Source of the DNA: Bacteroidota bacterium
GTDB taxonomy: Bacteria; Bacteroidota; Ignavibacteria; Kryptoniales; JAKASW01
Assembly (NCBI GenBank): GCA_021794075.1
Contig: JAJYRM010000005.1
Location: forward strand, 6,620-70,619
Direction: 5' to 3'
DNA length: 64,000 nt
The notes below the pieces were generated by a model that was not told where the DNA came from, did no database searches, and was given only the letters and a program-made list of their open reading frames with translations. Made by a program: the position numbers and the translations under genes. Positions 34,865 to 45,392 of this stretch are shown here, piece after piece; positions within the stretch are counted from its first letter, which is position 1; every line of letters begins with the position of its first letter.

Positions 34865-35716
34865 TTATAATTCTAATTTCTCCAACATTGCGTTGGCCCA
34901 TTCATGGTCAATCAGATATCTGCCGAGATTCGCCTCGTCATGTTTGAGTCCGCCGTGAAAGTCGCTTCCACCCGATTTGAGGATCGAGTTATCATCGGCG
35001 AACTTCGAGTAGTAGAGCGTCTCCTCCGGGGAGTGAGAAGGGTGCACTACTTCGACTCCGTGCAATCCGCTTTTCAAGAGATACCCCAGAAGCCCTTCGT
35101 TGACGTAGTGAGACGGATGAGCCAGGAAACTCAAGCCACCGGCGGCGGTTATCATTTCTATCGCCTTTTCTGGAAGGAAAGGATAATTCGCCTCATAAGC
35201 GGGACGACCTATCCCGATGTACTTCTCAAAAACTTCGTCGTAAGTGCTGGCAAAACCTTCCTCGACCATCGTATTAGCTATATGAGGCCGACCTACCGCT
35301 CCGTTTTCTCCGGCCCTTTCAAACACAGATTCGAATTTCAAAGGTATCTTTATGTCGTTCAGTTTTGCGATGATGCGTTTCGCGCGCTGAATGCGTCCCT
35401 CCCGGAGCTCGATCAGGCCGCCGAGAAATTTCCTGTCCGCGTAGTCGATGAAGTAACCGAGTATGTGTAGCTGGAACCGTTTGTACCTCGTGGTGACCTC
35501 AATCCCCGGAACAACCGTAACAGACATTTCACTCGAAAGACGGAATGCCTCATCAAGCGACAACACGGTATCATGGTCGCAAATCCCAAGCGTTGTAATT
35601 CCGGCATCTGCAGCCTTTGCCATCAAATCACGTACACTTAATGCCCCGTCGGACGAATCTGTGTGAGTATGAAAGTCTATCTTATCTGATTTCGTTCTTT
35701 TATCCACAAAGCACAT
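34865..35716 (-). CDS. PHP-domain phosphoesterase (TrpH/YciV-like)
   Basis: IDFHTHTDSSDGALSVRDL and ICDHDTV, with C-terminal GGSDFHG. The start shares one base with the upstream stop (TGATG). Confidence 0.85.
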   Translation of the reverse strand: MCFVDKRTKSDKIDFHTHTDSSDGALSVRDLMAKAADAGITTLGICDHDTVLSLDEAFRLSSEMSVTVVPGIEVTTRYKRFQLHILGYFIDYADRKFLGGLIELREGRIQRAKRIIAKLNDIKIPLKFESVFERAGENGAVGRPHIANTMVEEGFASTYDEVFEKYIGIGRPAYEANYPFLPEKAIEMITAAGGLSFLAHPSHYVNEGLLGYLLKSGLHGVEVVHPSHSPEETLYYSKFADDNSILKSGGSDFHGGLKHDEANLGRYLIDHEWANAMLEKLEL

Positions 35717-36399
35717 CAGGTGAATTTCTGCCTGAACAAATCGTAATCCAATATCGTTACGGCATTACCTTCCACGTGGAGAAGTTTCAGCTTCTCCATT
35801 TTGCTGAAAGTGCGCGAGACGGTCTCTCGCGTAGTTCCCGCCATGTTCGCGATTTCTTGCTGGACAGGGAGGTTGTCGATCTCGACCTTACCCTGCTTAA
35901 TTCTGCCTCTCTCATCGGCGAACTGAAGGAGGACGTAACCCACGCGGTGGTACGCGTCTTTTAGCGAAAGACTTTTTATCAAAGCGTCCGCTCTTCTGAG
36001 CCGCTGCGTCAGATGCTTGAGCAACGAAATAGCAATGCTCGGATATTCGTGCAGAAGCCCGAGGAAGTCCTTCCGATGAATCACAAAAAGCTCTGCATCG
36101 TCAAGCGCGACGACGCTTGCCGACCTCGCTTCGCCGTCGAGCAATGCCATCTCTCCAAAAATATCGCTCGGGCCGAGAATGCTAAGTATCACTTCACGCC
36201 CGTCTTCTCCAATTCTTACGACCTTAACCTCTCCGCTGACGATTACAAACAGCGCCGATCCCGATTCTTCCTCCATCAGGATAACTTCCCCCTTCTTGTA
36301 GCTCTTCCTTACGCCACAAGCGCTTACACGCGCAAAATCTCTTTCTTCCAGCTCCTCGAAAATTGGAGCATTCCTCAGAAACTCCATTGCTTCTCTCAT
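35716..36399 (-). CDS. Crp/Fnr-family transcriptional regulator
   Basis: cNMP-binding-like barrel (FGEMALLDGEARSASVVA) plus C-terminal HTH (QQEIANMAGTTRETVSRTFSKM). It has no N-terminal Cys cluster. Confidence 0.9.
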   Translation of the reverse strand: MREAMEFLRNAPIFEELEERDFARVSACGVRKSYKKGEVILMEEESGSALFVIVSGEVKVVRIGEDGREVILSILGPSDIFGEMALLDGEARSASVVALDDAELFVIHRKDFLGLLHEYPSIAISLLKHLTQRLRRADALIKSLSLKDAYHRVGYVLLQFADERGRIKQGKVEIDNLPVQQEIANMAGTTRETVSRTFSKMEKLKLLHVEGNAVTILDYDLFRQKFT

Positions 36400-36612
36400 G
36401 CCAAGGCTCCCACGTTTCTTTAGCGATAGCTGCCAGGATTTCTAAATAAAAATATAGAAGCACCCCGACATAAAGTCAACGTCAGTTGGTGAGCCTCCAT
36501 GCCCGGCCAAATGCTTACGATAGACTGTGCGACAAAGGAGGTCTAACTCGAACTAAATCTTACTCCGATGAGTTTTATATTCAGTTATGAATAAAGATTC
36601 ACGGACGGAAGG

Positions 36613-37794
36613 ATGAAAAGAATATATCTCGATTACACGGCTACGACTCCCATGGATAAACGCGTCGTCCAGGCGATGGTTCCCTTTTTTACCGACACGT
36701 TCGGAAACGGGTCAAGCATACATTCGTTCGGAAGAGAGGCGAAGGCCGCCCTCGAGACTGCGCGCGAGTCAATAGCGTCTCTGATCGGCGCCCGACCTTC
36801 GGAGCTTCTCTTCATGAGCGGAGGAACCGAGTCTGACAATTCCGCGCTGAGGGGAATTGCTTCGGCGCATTCCGGAATCGGAAAGAAGCACTTAATCATC
36901 TCTTCGATTGAGCATCACGCCGTCTTGCACACAGCCAAGTTCCTGGAACAGGAAGGTTTTGAAGTTACTCTCCTTCCGGTTGATGCGAAGGGATATGTAT
37001 CGCCGGATGAGCTCACAAGGGCCATCACCGATAAGACGCTTCTCGTGAGCATCATACACGCGAACAATGAGATCGGTTCGACGCAGGATCTAAAGGCAAT
37101 CGCGGAAATCGTACACGCTGCCGGAGCTCTTTTTCACACGGACGCGGTACAATCGTTCGGCAAAATCCCTCTCGACGTATCCGAATCCGGCGTCGACCTC
37201 GCGTCGTTCACTGCGCACAAGATTTACGGCCCTAAGGGAATCGGCGCTCTGTACATAAGACGAGGGCTCGAATTCCAACCCACTTTTCACGGAGGCTCAC
37301 AGGAACGGAACAGGCGACCAGGCACAGAGAGCGTTCCGCTTGCAGTCGGCTTTGCGAAGGCGGCTGAGTTGGCCTCGCAAGAGATGAAGGAAGAGCTTGA
37401 AAGGTTAGCCGGCCTCAACGGGCTTCTCAGAAGTCGAATCAGTAACGAGATCGCTGGCGCCGTATTCAACTCACCCGTAGATCGCGCGATCCCGAACATC
37501 CTGAGCGTGTCGTTAAACAGCGACGAGATTGAAATTGACGGAGACGCGCTTATCATAAATTTCGACTTGGAAGGGATAGCGGTCACGAGCGGATCCGCGT
37601 GCTCTTCAGGCAGCCTTCAGCCTTCGCATGTAATAAAAGCCCTGGGAAGAAACGACTCGACGACAAGAGCGACGGTGCGGTTCTCATTCGGAAGATTCAC
37701 AAGTGAGGAAGACATTCACATCGCCGCCGATGCCTTTGTCCGCATCGTGAACCGGATCGGCAAGCGCAAGAAGTTCAGCTCAGCCGTTTCATAA
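36613..37794 (+). CDS. Cysteine desulfurase (NifS/IscS class)
   Basis: IYLDYTATTP, SSIEHHAV, and FTAHKIYGPKGIGALY with the PLP lysine. The catalytic Cys loop is SGSACSSGS. Confidence 0.9.
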   Translation: MKRIYLDYTATTPMDKRVVQAMVPFFTDTFGNGSSIHSFGREAKAALETARESIASLIGARPSELLFMSGGTESDNSALRGIASAHSGIGKKHLIISSIEHHAVLHTAKFLEQEGFEVTLLPVDAKGYVSPDELTRAITDKTLLVSIIHANNEIGSTQDLKAIAEIVHAAGALFHTDAVQSFGKIPLDVSESGVDLASFTAHKIYGPKGIGALYIRRGLEFQPTFHGGSQERNRRPGTESVPLAVGFAKAAELASQEMKEELERLAGLNGLLRSRISNEIAGAVFNSPVDRAIPNILSVSLNSDEIEIDGDALIINFDLEGIAVTSGSACSSGSLQPSHVIKALGRNDSTTRATVRFSFGRFTSEEDIHIAADAFVRIVNRIGKRKKFSSAVS

Positions 37795-39088
37795 CAGCCC
37801 CAAAGAAACCGTCCATATTATGGCGGTGAGGATAAGTCGTAAGAAATCCGTTCTCAATCAGCCGGTTAAATCTTTCCCCCGGCAGATAGTTCGCGGCATC
37901 CTCCCGCTGGAATCCGCCATTAGCTTCCAGGAAAGAATTCACGACCTCGATGTTTTCCTCGGCGAAGATGCTACAAGTCGAGTAGACTAACACGCCGCCA
38001 ACCCTAACGAGCCTCGCGTAGCGTTCAAGGATTTCCTTTTGATAACGAGCGTGACTCGCTACCGATTCCTTCGTGAGCCTGAATTTCTTGTCGGGATTTC
38101 GTCTGATCGTCCCGCTTCCGGAACATGGGGCGTCCACTACGACCTTGTCCGCGACACCTAACAATTTCCCTGCCTCTCCAAGATCGCGTTCTGTCACTTT
38201 TATGGGGGAAATATTCGTGTACCCGTTTCTGTTCGCTCGCGTGACCAAATTTCGGAGCCGCGCGTCGTCAACGTCCAGCGCGAACACTTTGCATTTCCCA
38301 GCGGCCAAGGCCGCAATCTCCAGGCTCTTTCCTCCCGCACCTGCACACGCGTCTACGATAGTCTCGTCTTCGCGCGGATTAACGAGAAACCCCACGAGTT
38401 GGCTCGCTTCCTCCTGGACTTCGATGATACCGGTTTTATAAAGTGCATCATTATTCAGATTCAATCTCTTCGACAAATTCAGCCCAAGAGGAGAATACTC
38501 CGTCGCTTCAACAGAATTGCCCTCCGCTATAAATTTTCCGGCAACATCCTCGCGCGACATCTTGTTGATGTCGACACGGATACAAACCCTCGCTTCGCGG
38601 TTTAGGGCGGCCATCACCGGAATCACTTCATTTCTGACATCATCCGTCAGAAGCTCCGGAAAGAAATCCGGAAAAGAATAAAGCAATGGCTCTTCGCGAT
38701 GGTTTTCGGCAAGGTCATTCCATGCCGACTTCACACACGATTCCCACGCGGCCAGGTCTAACTTCTCGCCAGACATCCGGTACGACTCGATCAGCGTCGG
38801 GTAGGCGCCTTCCAGTTGCGCCGCATTCGTTCCATCTGATATAATTTCCCGCGCGAGGAAGACGTAAAGCGGGCTGGCCTGACCGACACATTTTTCCGAT
38901 ATGGTTCGAAGCAGAAGAAAATTTCTGATAATGTCATAGATCTTATCGCTGATCCATCGCCTGTCGTGAGAGCCGAGATAACGCCTTTCCCTGAAGAAGT
39001 CCTGAATTACCCTGTCTGATGGGAGGGTGCTCCTCACCACCCTGTCGAGGAGCTCGACAGTATGCCCGGCAAGAGAAGAAGGATTCAT
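37775..39088 (-). CDS. rsmB: 16S rRNA (cytosine-C5)-methyltransferase, RsmB/Sun family
   Basis: NusB-like N-terminus. SAM motif DACAGAGGKS and catalytic Cys motifs DAPCSGSGTIRRNPD and YSTCSIFAEEN. Confidence 0.85.
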   Translation of the reverse strand: MNPSSLAGHTVELLDRVVRSTLPSDRVIQDFFRERRYLGSHDRRWISDKIYDIIRNFLLLRTISEKCVGQASPLYVFLAREIISDGTNAAQLEGAYPTLIESYRMSGEKLDLAAWESCVKSAWNDLAENHREEPLLYSFPDFFPELLTDDVRNEVIPVMAALNREARVCIRVDINKMSREDVAGKFIAEGNSVEATEYSPLGLNLSKRLNLNNDALYKTGIIEVQEEASQLVGFLVNPREDETIVDACAGAGGKSLEIAALAAGKCKVFALDVDDARLRNLVTRANRNGYTNISPIKVTERDLGEAGKLLGVADKVVVDAPCSGSGTIRRNPDKKFRLTKESVASHARYQKEILERYARLVRVGGVLVYSTCSIFAEENIEVVNSFLEANGGFQREDAANYLPGERFNRLIENGFLTTYPHRHNMDGFFGAVMKRLS

Positions 39089-40011
39089 CGCCCCGAAGAT
39101 TGCATATGCTTGTAGAGCAGATAGCCGTAGCGAAGGCCGCGGTCCGTGGATAGGAACTCACTTACTCCGGCGGCTTCAATGGCTTTCTCGAGAATCAGCG
39201 TACCAGCTAATATCACATCTTCCCTTCCCTCGGCGGCCTCGGTAAGCTTGCGGATTTCGTCGGGTGTCTTCCACCTCAATCGACCGAAAACATCCTTAAG
39301 AACAGTCGTAGACATCCGGTAATTGTTTACCGCCTCCGGCGCAAACTCATATCTTTCCTGCGCGATCAGGGCGATCGTCGTAGCGGTCCCTGCTACCGCG
39401 AATACTCGGTCAGGCGATATCTCAAAAAAGGGAAAATTCTTCAGTGCGTCTTCGATGTATTTTTCAGCTTTCTGAATCTCATCATCCAAGGGAGGAACAT
39501 GCTTGAAAAACATCTCCGTGATGCGGACCGCCCCAACATTGATACTCTGGAAATGGGATGGTTCGGACCCGCTTCCGTAACTGAACTCAGTGCTTCCGCC
39601 ACCGATGTCGATAACGAGAGATCGACGCGATTTGTCGGGCTCGCCGCTCACCGCGCCTAGGAATCCTAACTTCGCCTCCGTTTCTCCCGGAATAACCTCC
39701 ACGTTGATACCGCACAGCTCTCTCGCGGCAGATATGAACTGGTCCCGGTTGATTGCGTCCCGAACGGCGCTCGTTGCGGACGCGAAAACTCGGCTGACGT
39801 CGTAATCGTCCGCAATCCCGCGATACTTCTTAAGTATCTCAGTCGCCCTTGCGATAGAATCACTGTCAAGCATCCTGGTCGCCGAGACGCTTTTGCCGAG
39901 ACGCGGAACTGAGTAAAAGTCTTTAATCGGATTTATGGTTTCGGTCCCATCAATTGTCCCTATCAGCATCAAGATGGTGTTCGTTCCGATGTCTATCGAA
40001 GCGTATTTCAT
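39085..40011 (-). CDS. Ppx/GppA-family exopolyphosphatase / guanosine pentaphosphate phosphohydrolase
   Basis: Start ATG 40011 (MKYASIDIGTNTILML) is in an ATGA overlap with the prmA stop. LVIDIGGGSTEF is present. The stop overlaps the rsmB start as ATGA. Confidence 0.85.
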   Translation of the reverse strand: MKYASIDIGTNTILMLIGTIDGTETINPIKDFYSVPRLGKSVSATRMLDSDSIARATEILKKYRGIADDYDVSRVFASATSAVRDAINRDQFISAARELCGINVEVIPGETEAKLGFLGAVSGEPDKSRRSLVIDIGGGSTEFSYGSGSEPSHFQSINVGAVRITEMFFKHVPPLDDEIQKAEKYIEDALKNFPFFEISPDRVFAVAGTATTIALIAQERYEFAPEAVNNYRMSTTVLKDVFGRLRWKTPDEIRKLTEAAEGREDVILAGTLILEKAIEAAGVSEFLSTDRGLRYGYLLYKHMQSSGR

Positions 40012-40859
40012 TTGCTGAGCGCTATAGCCGACCATTCGGCTTCGCGTAGCGTTTCGACTACCTTGAATCCGGATTTCGTATACGATTTTACAATATCTTC
40101 CTCGTCAAGAGTGAGGAGGCCGGCCAGCAGCAACACGCCACCCGGCTTACATCGCCTCCTCAATTCGGGTTCGATGTAAAGTAGGGTGTTCCTGTTTAGG
40201 TTCGCCACCTCAAAGTCAAATTCCTCGTCACCGAGTGAAGCGATCTCGCCGCGAATTACCTCGACCTTCTCTAAAACGCCGTTCCTCCTGATATTCTCGA
40301 TCGAATTCTCGATAGACCACTCGTCGCGGTCCACCGCGATGCAGCGGTCAGCGCCAAGCTTGATAGCCGCAATGGCGAGCACGCCTGTACCGGTGCCGAC
40401 ATCGAGTATCCTCTCGCCGCCTTTGATGTATTTTTCGAGGAGCCGCACCATCATCCGCGTGGTTTCATGGTGACCGGTCCCGAACGACATCTTCGGGTCT
40501 ATTTCAATGACAATCTTCGCGCTTCCGTTGTATTCCTTCCAGCTCGGTTTGATCGCGATATTATCGGTTACCTCTATCGGCACAATTGATTCTTCCCATT
40601 TCATATTCCAATCCTGATTCATTATTTCTGAAACTTCAACGGTATATTTTCCAACCTTGCCTTCACTTCTCAGGTGCCCGAGAAATCTAACGACATCTTC
40701 TTTGTATTGGGGATTCCATTTTGATTCGGCAAAGTAGCATTTGAGTTCATTCTCCTCCTCGACGAATCCCTCGGCTCCGACATCACTCAGGAAACCTACA
40801 ACCAGATCGTTGACCGCGCCGTCGGTGGAAACTAAGAGTTCGAAATATTTATCCTGCAT
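40008..40859 (-). CDS. prmA: Ribosomal protein L11 methyltransferase
   Basis: PKMSFGTGHHETT and ILDVGTGTGVLAIAA. Confidence 0.9.
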   Translation of the reverse strand: MQDKYFELLVSTDGAVNDLVVGFLSDVGAEGFVEEENELKCYFAESKWNPQYKEDVVRFLGHLRSEGKVGKYTVEVSEIMNQDWNMKWEESIVPIEVTDNIAIKPSWKEYNGSAKIVIEIDPKMSFGTGHHETTRMMVRLLEKYIKGGERILDVGTGTGVLAIAAIKLGADRCIAVDRDEWSIENSIENIRRNGVLEKVEVIRGEIASLGDEEFDFEVANLNRNTLLYIEPELRRRCKPGGVLLLAGLLTLDEEDIVKSYTKSGFKVVETLREAEWSAIALSK

Positions 40860-41838
40860 ATCGCGTGTACGGGTAGCTGTTTAATTTTCTGTAAATCACT
40901 TCGAGCAAAACTCTTCCTACAGCATCGAGACTCTCGGGACTGCACTTGTCTGGTGTGTCTTCGAGCGTGTGCCAGTATTTATAATTGAAGTCGATCAGAT
41001 CGACGGCTTTGATTCCTATATTGTCCAGCTGGAGATGGTCGTCGTAAATATACCCGCTTGTGCTGTCGGCAAATTGCGTAACCCCCATCTCGGCAGCCGT
41101 ACTCCAGATGAGATTAACTACGTCAGGCGCATATTCTACGGAATAGGATTCCTTTGGTATGCTCAAGTCTTTCTGCCCGATCATGTCCAGGTTAATGGCA
41201 AAGAGGGGTTGATACATCGTAGGTTTTGTGGCAGCCCAGTATTTTGAACCGAGGCAGTAGTAGTTCATGTCGCCTTCCCTGCCGTAGTCCTCGCCGTCCC
41301 AGAGTATTATGTCGATGCCGACAGGTGGCGGAGATGCCTTGAAATCCCTTGCAAGTTCAAGAAGGACAGCGACTCCGCTCGCCCCATCGTCCGCGCCGGG
41401 AATCGGCTTGTCCACCGGTCCGCCTGGCTGGTGATCGGCGCGCGGACGGCTGTCCCAATGCGCGGTAAGAAGAATGTGCACCTTCGATTTCATATTGAAA
41501 TGGGCAATGACATTGGCAAGATGAAGGACGACTCCATCGTATCCTGGGACATTGAATTTCTGAAGCTGAACGGAATCAGCATAAAGACTGAATTCATGCT
41601 GGAGATATTGCAAACATTTAGCATGAGCTTCGCTGTTCGGGGCTCGCGGGCCGAAATCGACCTGCTTGACCAGATAGCTAAAAGCCTGCTGAGCGTTGAA
41701 TTTCGGCATCGGCACAGTCGGAATTATGTTCGTCCGCTCCTGGCTGTTTTGCGTTCCAAGCGCCTGCTCCTTCTTCGAATTCTTTGAACACGAAGTCAGA
41801 GTTATCGCGGCGGCAAGCAGAAGCAGTAATTTTTGCAT
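40849..41838 (-). CDS. M28-family lipoprotein, glutaminyl-peptide cyclotransferase-like
   Basis: I took the start at ATG 41838 (MQKLLLLLAAAITLTSCS, lipobox LTSC). Motifs are AFSYLVKQVDFGPRAPNSEAH, ILLTAHWDSRP and PGADDGASGVAVLLELAR. I cannot distinguish an aminopeptidase from a cyclase by eye. Confidence 0.7.
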   Translation of the reverse strand: MQKLLLLLAAAITLTSCSKNSKKEQALGTQNSQERTNIIPTVPMPKFNAQQAFSYLVKQVDFGPRAPNSEAHAKCLQYLQHEFSLYADSVQLQKFNVPGYDGVVLHLANVIAHFNMKSKVHILLTAHWDSRPRADHQPGGPVDKPIPGADDGASGVAVLLELARDFKASPPPVGIDIILWDGEDYGREGDMNYYCLGSKYWAATKPTMYQPLFAINLDMIGQKDLSIPKESYSVEYAPDVVNLIWSTAAEMGVTQFADSTSGYIYDDHLQLDNIGIKAVDLIDFNYKYWHTLEDTPDKCSPESLDAVGRVLLEVIYRKLNSYPYTRYAG

Positions 41839-42126
41839 AAAGAAGTTTAAAGATTGTGATAGGAATTTCCAAAGCATATGAAGTCGCCATCAAAGGTAAA
41901 ATCCACTTTGCTGAAGAGACGACATAGCTGATAGAGCTCGTTCCTCTCCGCGGTTCCTGGTCTAAAAACCTGTTGCTCCCGACAAAGCCCTTTTGGAATT
42001 ACTCTCCCGCGCACGATCGGATGTCCGCACTCCTTGACATTACCAGGCTTCATTTGTCGAGCCCAACTCGGCTGCGAGACGAGTGCAGGCAAGTCCTTCA
42101 TCGCCTTTATAAGCGTTTGGTTTCTC

Positions 42127-42519
42127 CTAACCGCTCTTCTTCTTCGACTCGAAGAAGTGGAGGCAAAAGCCATCCGACGGACACACCTCCACGTAGTTAC
42201 CGTATTCGCCATGTTTAATCACGAGCGGCAACGAAAGAAGTCTTTCAAGTTTCGACCGCAATTCCTCAAGTCCCTCCACCTTAAACGTGATCACAAACTT
42301 TTTCGGTTTTCCATAAGTCACCGCGAAGTCGAAACCGGAGACCTTAAACTCCGACCAATCGCCGTCAACGTGCGCCGGAGCACCGAACAAACTCGCGTAA
42401 AACTCCTTGGCAGGAGTCGGTTCTTCGAGGGCGCAATGAACATTCTCGAGCCCTTTGATATGAGAAATAATTTCAGATTGCGATGGCTGCCGATACTGCA
42501 TAGACCTCAGAAGCTCCAT
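42127..42519 (-). CDS. Small VOC/glyoxalase-fold protein (tentative)
   Basis: The N-terminal pattern ISHIKGLENVHCALEEPTPAKEFYASLFGA is typical of glyoxalase/bleomycin-resistance folds. The start is uncertain and overlaps the comF stop by 29-47 nt. Confidence 0.5.
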   Translation of the reverse strand: MELLRSMQYRQPSQSEIISHIKGLENVHCALEEPTPAKEFYASLFGAPAHVDGDWSEFKVSGFDFAVTYGKPKKFVITFKVEGLEELRSKLERLLSLPLVIKHGEYGNYVEVCPSDGFCLHFFESKKKSG

Positions 42520-43180
42520 TAGATTTGAGGGTCCTGGCGCACTCCTTGATTGTCGCGCCGGTTGTAATCACATCATCAATGAGAAGTATCTTCTTTCCAT
42601 TCACTTCATTCGCGCTAACTTTCCCGAGTCCGAAGGCTCCCTTTACGTTCTTCTTTCGTCCTTCGGCGTCGAACGAAGTCTGTGTTTGAGTCTGGCGAAC
42701 CCTAACCAGGAGACCCGGTTCGTGTGCCACCCGGAGAATTCTCCCCACGCTTCTTGCGATAAGTTCGCTTTGATTATAACCCCGTTCACGCCGCCTCGCC
42801 GGGTGAAGCGGAACAGGAGAAACTACATCACAGAGCGAAAGCATGTCGTCGTTCACTATTTTCTTCGAGATATAGAAGCCGAACCTCTCGGCGATAGCCT
42901 CCGCGCCTCCGTATTTCAGGAGGTGCACAGCTTCGCGGACGCGATTGTCCTGCTCGAAGAGGAATACGGAGTCGATCTTGTCGATGGTTTCGTCTGAAAG
43001 GAACTTGGCCTCGATCAACTGAGTGATCGTCTCGGTAGGCGCCACTCGCTCAAAGTCTTCCCAACAATTCGAACAGACATAGGCTTCGGCTCTCCCTAGT
43101 TTCCTCTCACATGTCGAGCAAACCGGTGGATAGATAAAATCAACAATCGCACCCGAGATTTTACCGATGTAAGAAATCAT
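42473..43180 (-). CDS. comF: ComF-family protein (phosphoribosyltransferase domain)
   Basis: N-terminal Cys pairs CSTCERKL...CSNCW. PRTase loop KKILLIDDVITTGATI. Confidence 0.85.
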   Translation of the reverse strand: MISYIGKISGAIVDFIYPPVCSTCERKLGRAEAYVCSNCWEDFERVAPTETITQLIEAKFLSDETIDKIDSVFLFEQDNRVREAVHLLKYGGAEAIAERFGFYISKKIVNDDMLSLCDVVSPVPLHPARRRERGYNQSELIARSVGRILRVAHEPGLLVRVRQTQTQTSFDAEGRKKNVKGAFGLGKVSANEVNGKKILLIDDVITTGATIKECARTLKSNGASEVYAVSAAIAI

Positions 43181-43262
43181 GATCTGACAAAGAAATGTGA
43201 TTATTTAATATCAAAAAATCGGCGCCCAGTCAAAGGGACCTAATTGCCGCTATTTTTCCGAA

Positions 43263-45281
43263 CTACTTCTTCTCCGACAGCCTGTGGATCTCATCGCGAA
43301 GTTCGGCTGCTTTCTCGAAATCGAGGTCCTTTGCCGCCTCATACATCTCCTTCGTCAGCCTGTCCACAAGTTCCCTTTTCTGCTGGTCGGTTAGATATCT
43401 CTGGTTAGGTTCGGCGACGCTGGCTTCCTGCAGCCGTCGCGTCTTCTCTTCTGCGTCGGAACGCACGTCCGCGATGGCGGTGGACGCCATTATTTCCTCG
43501 GCGGTTTTCACGATCGACTTCGGCTTGATGTTGTGCTCTGTATTATAACTGGTCTGTATCTTCCTGCGCCGTTCCGTTTCATCGATCATCCTTCTCATGC
43601 TCTTGGTGATAGTATCGGCGTAGAGAATGACTCTGCTCTCTATATTTCTCGCCGCCCGGCCCGCTGTCTGAATCAGACTCTTCTCCGACCGAAGGAACCC
43701 TTCTTTATCCGCGTCGAGAATGGCGACAAGCGATACTTCGGGTAGATCCAGCCCTTCGCGAAGGAGGTTGACGCCGACAAGCACATCGAACTCGCCAAGC
43801 CTCAGATCCCTGAGAATCGAGACACGTTCTAGCGAATCTATATCAGAGTGGACGTACCTCACCCTTATATTCAATCCGCGCAGATACTCGGTCAGGTCCT
43901 CCGCCATGCGTTTCGTGAGCGTCGTTACAAGAGTTCTCTCCTTTAAGGTGACACGCTCGCGAATTTCCTGGAGAAGGTCATCCATCTGATTCTTCACAGG
44001 CCTTACTTCAACTTCAGGATCCACGATGCCCGTCGGCCTGATGACCTGCTCGACGAAAACGCCGCCGCTCTTTTCGAGTTCGTACTCGTCAGGGGTCGCG
44101 CTGACATAGACCGCCTGGTTCACCATGGATTCGAACTCCTCGAACTTCAGTGGGCGGTTGTCGAGCGCCGAAGGAAGCCTGAAGCCGTACTCGACCAGCG
44201 TCATTTTGCGCGAACGGTCTCCGTGGTACATCGCGTGAAGCTGCGGCAGAGTCTGGTGAGACTCGTCGATAAACATCAGAAAGTCTTTCGGAAAATAATC
44301 GAGGAGCGTGTACGGCCGCTGCCCTGGCTCTCTACCGGTGATATGTCTCGAATAATTTTCGATCCCGCTGCAGTATCCTACCTCCTTCATCATCTCGATG
44401 TCGAATCTGGTCCGCTGCTCAAGGCGCTGCGCCTCCAGGTATTTGCCGAGCGCCCGCAACTCGGTAAGCCTGTTGACGAGTTCGGCCTCGATACCAACTA
44501 TCGCCCGCTGGAGGTTCTCCTCGCTCGTGACGAAGTGCCTTGCCGGGTAGATCGCAACCTCTTCCATATCGATTGCCGGAACTCCGGTTAGCGGATCGAA
44601 CGTCTTGATAGACTCAATCTCATCTCCAAAGAATTCCACCCTTATCGCTTCTTCGATCTCGTATGCCGGGAAAATCTCGACCACGTCCCCCCTCACCCTG
44701 AAGACGCCGCGGAGGAACTCAACATCATTGCGGGCATAGAGGCTTTCGATGAGTAGCTGCTGAAGGTGACGCCTACCCATCTTTTCGCCTTTCCGGATCA
44801 AGACCATTTCGTTCTTGTAGTCATGCGGCGAGCCTATTCCGTAGATGCAAGAGACCGAAGCTACAACCACGACGTCGCTTCGTCCGGAAAGTAGCGAGCT
44901 CGTCGCGCGGAGACGAAGCCTGTCGATCTCGTCGTTGATGGAGGAGTCCTTTTCTATATAGGTGTCCGTCTGTGGGATGTAAGCTTCAGGCTGGTAATAA
45001 TCGTAATAGGAGATGAAGAACTCGACGACGTTTTCCGGGAAGAGCTGCTTGAATTCTCCGTAAAGCTGCGCAGCGAGGGTCTTATTATGAGAAATAACCA
45101 GCGTAGGCCGGTTGATGTTCTGCATGATATGGGCCATCGTGTAAGTCTTCCCGCTCCCCGTCACTCCGAGAAGCGTCTGGTGCTTCAGCCCTTTTCTTAT
45201 CCCCTCCGTGAGCTCTTTTATGGCCTGCGGCTGATCGCCGGACGGTTTATAATCTGAAACTAATTGGAATTTATTTTGCAT
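43263..45281 (-). CDS. uvrB: Excinuclease ABC subunit B
   Basis: 672 aa with [14 protein letters not shown] and a C-terminal UVR domain ([14 protein letters not shown]). Confidence 0.97.
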   Translation of the reverse strand: MQNKFQLVSDYKPSGDQPQAIKELTEGIRKGLKHQTLLGVTGSGKTYTMAHIMQNINRPTLVISHNKTLAAQLYGEFKQLFPENVVEFFISYYDYYQPEAYIPQTDTYIEKDSSINDEIDRLRLRATSSLLSGRSDVVVVASVSCIYGIGSPHDYKNEMVLIRKGEKMGRRHLQQLLIESLYARNDVEFLRGVFRVRGDVVEIFPAYEIEEAIRVEFFGDEIESIKTFDPLTGVPAIDMEEVAIYPARHFVTSEENLQRAIVGIEAELVNRLTELRALGKYLEAQRLEQRTRFDIEMMKEVGYCSGIENYSRHITGREPGQRPYTLLDYFPKDFLMFIDESHQTLPQLHAMYHGDRSRKMTLVEYGFRLPSALDNRPLKFEEFESMVNQAVYVSATPDEYELEKSGGVFVEQVIRPTGIVDPEVEVRPVKNQMDDLLQEIRERVTLKERTLVTTLTKRMAEDLTEYLRGLNIRVRYVHSDIDSLERVSILRDLRLGEFDVLVGVNLLREGLDLPEVSLVAILDADKEGFLRSEKSLIQTAGRAARNIESRVILYADTITKSMRRMIDETERRRKIQTSYNTEHNIKPKSIVKTAEEIMASTAIADVRSDAEEKTRRLQEASVAEPNQRYLTDQQKRELVDRLTKEMYEAAKDLDFEKAAELRDEIHRLSEKK

Positions 45282-45392
45282 TCGCTTCTCTCAAGTCTTA
45301 TCCTCACATAAATCTAACCCTGCAACCGAGAAAAACGAAATCGATGGAATAGCCGCCGAATACTTTCGATGGAGTTCACTCCATGCTTTTCC

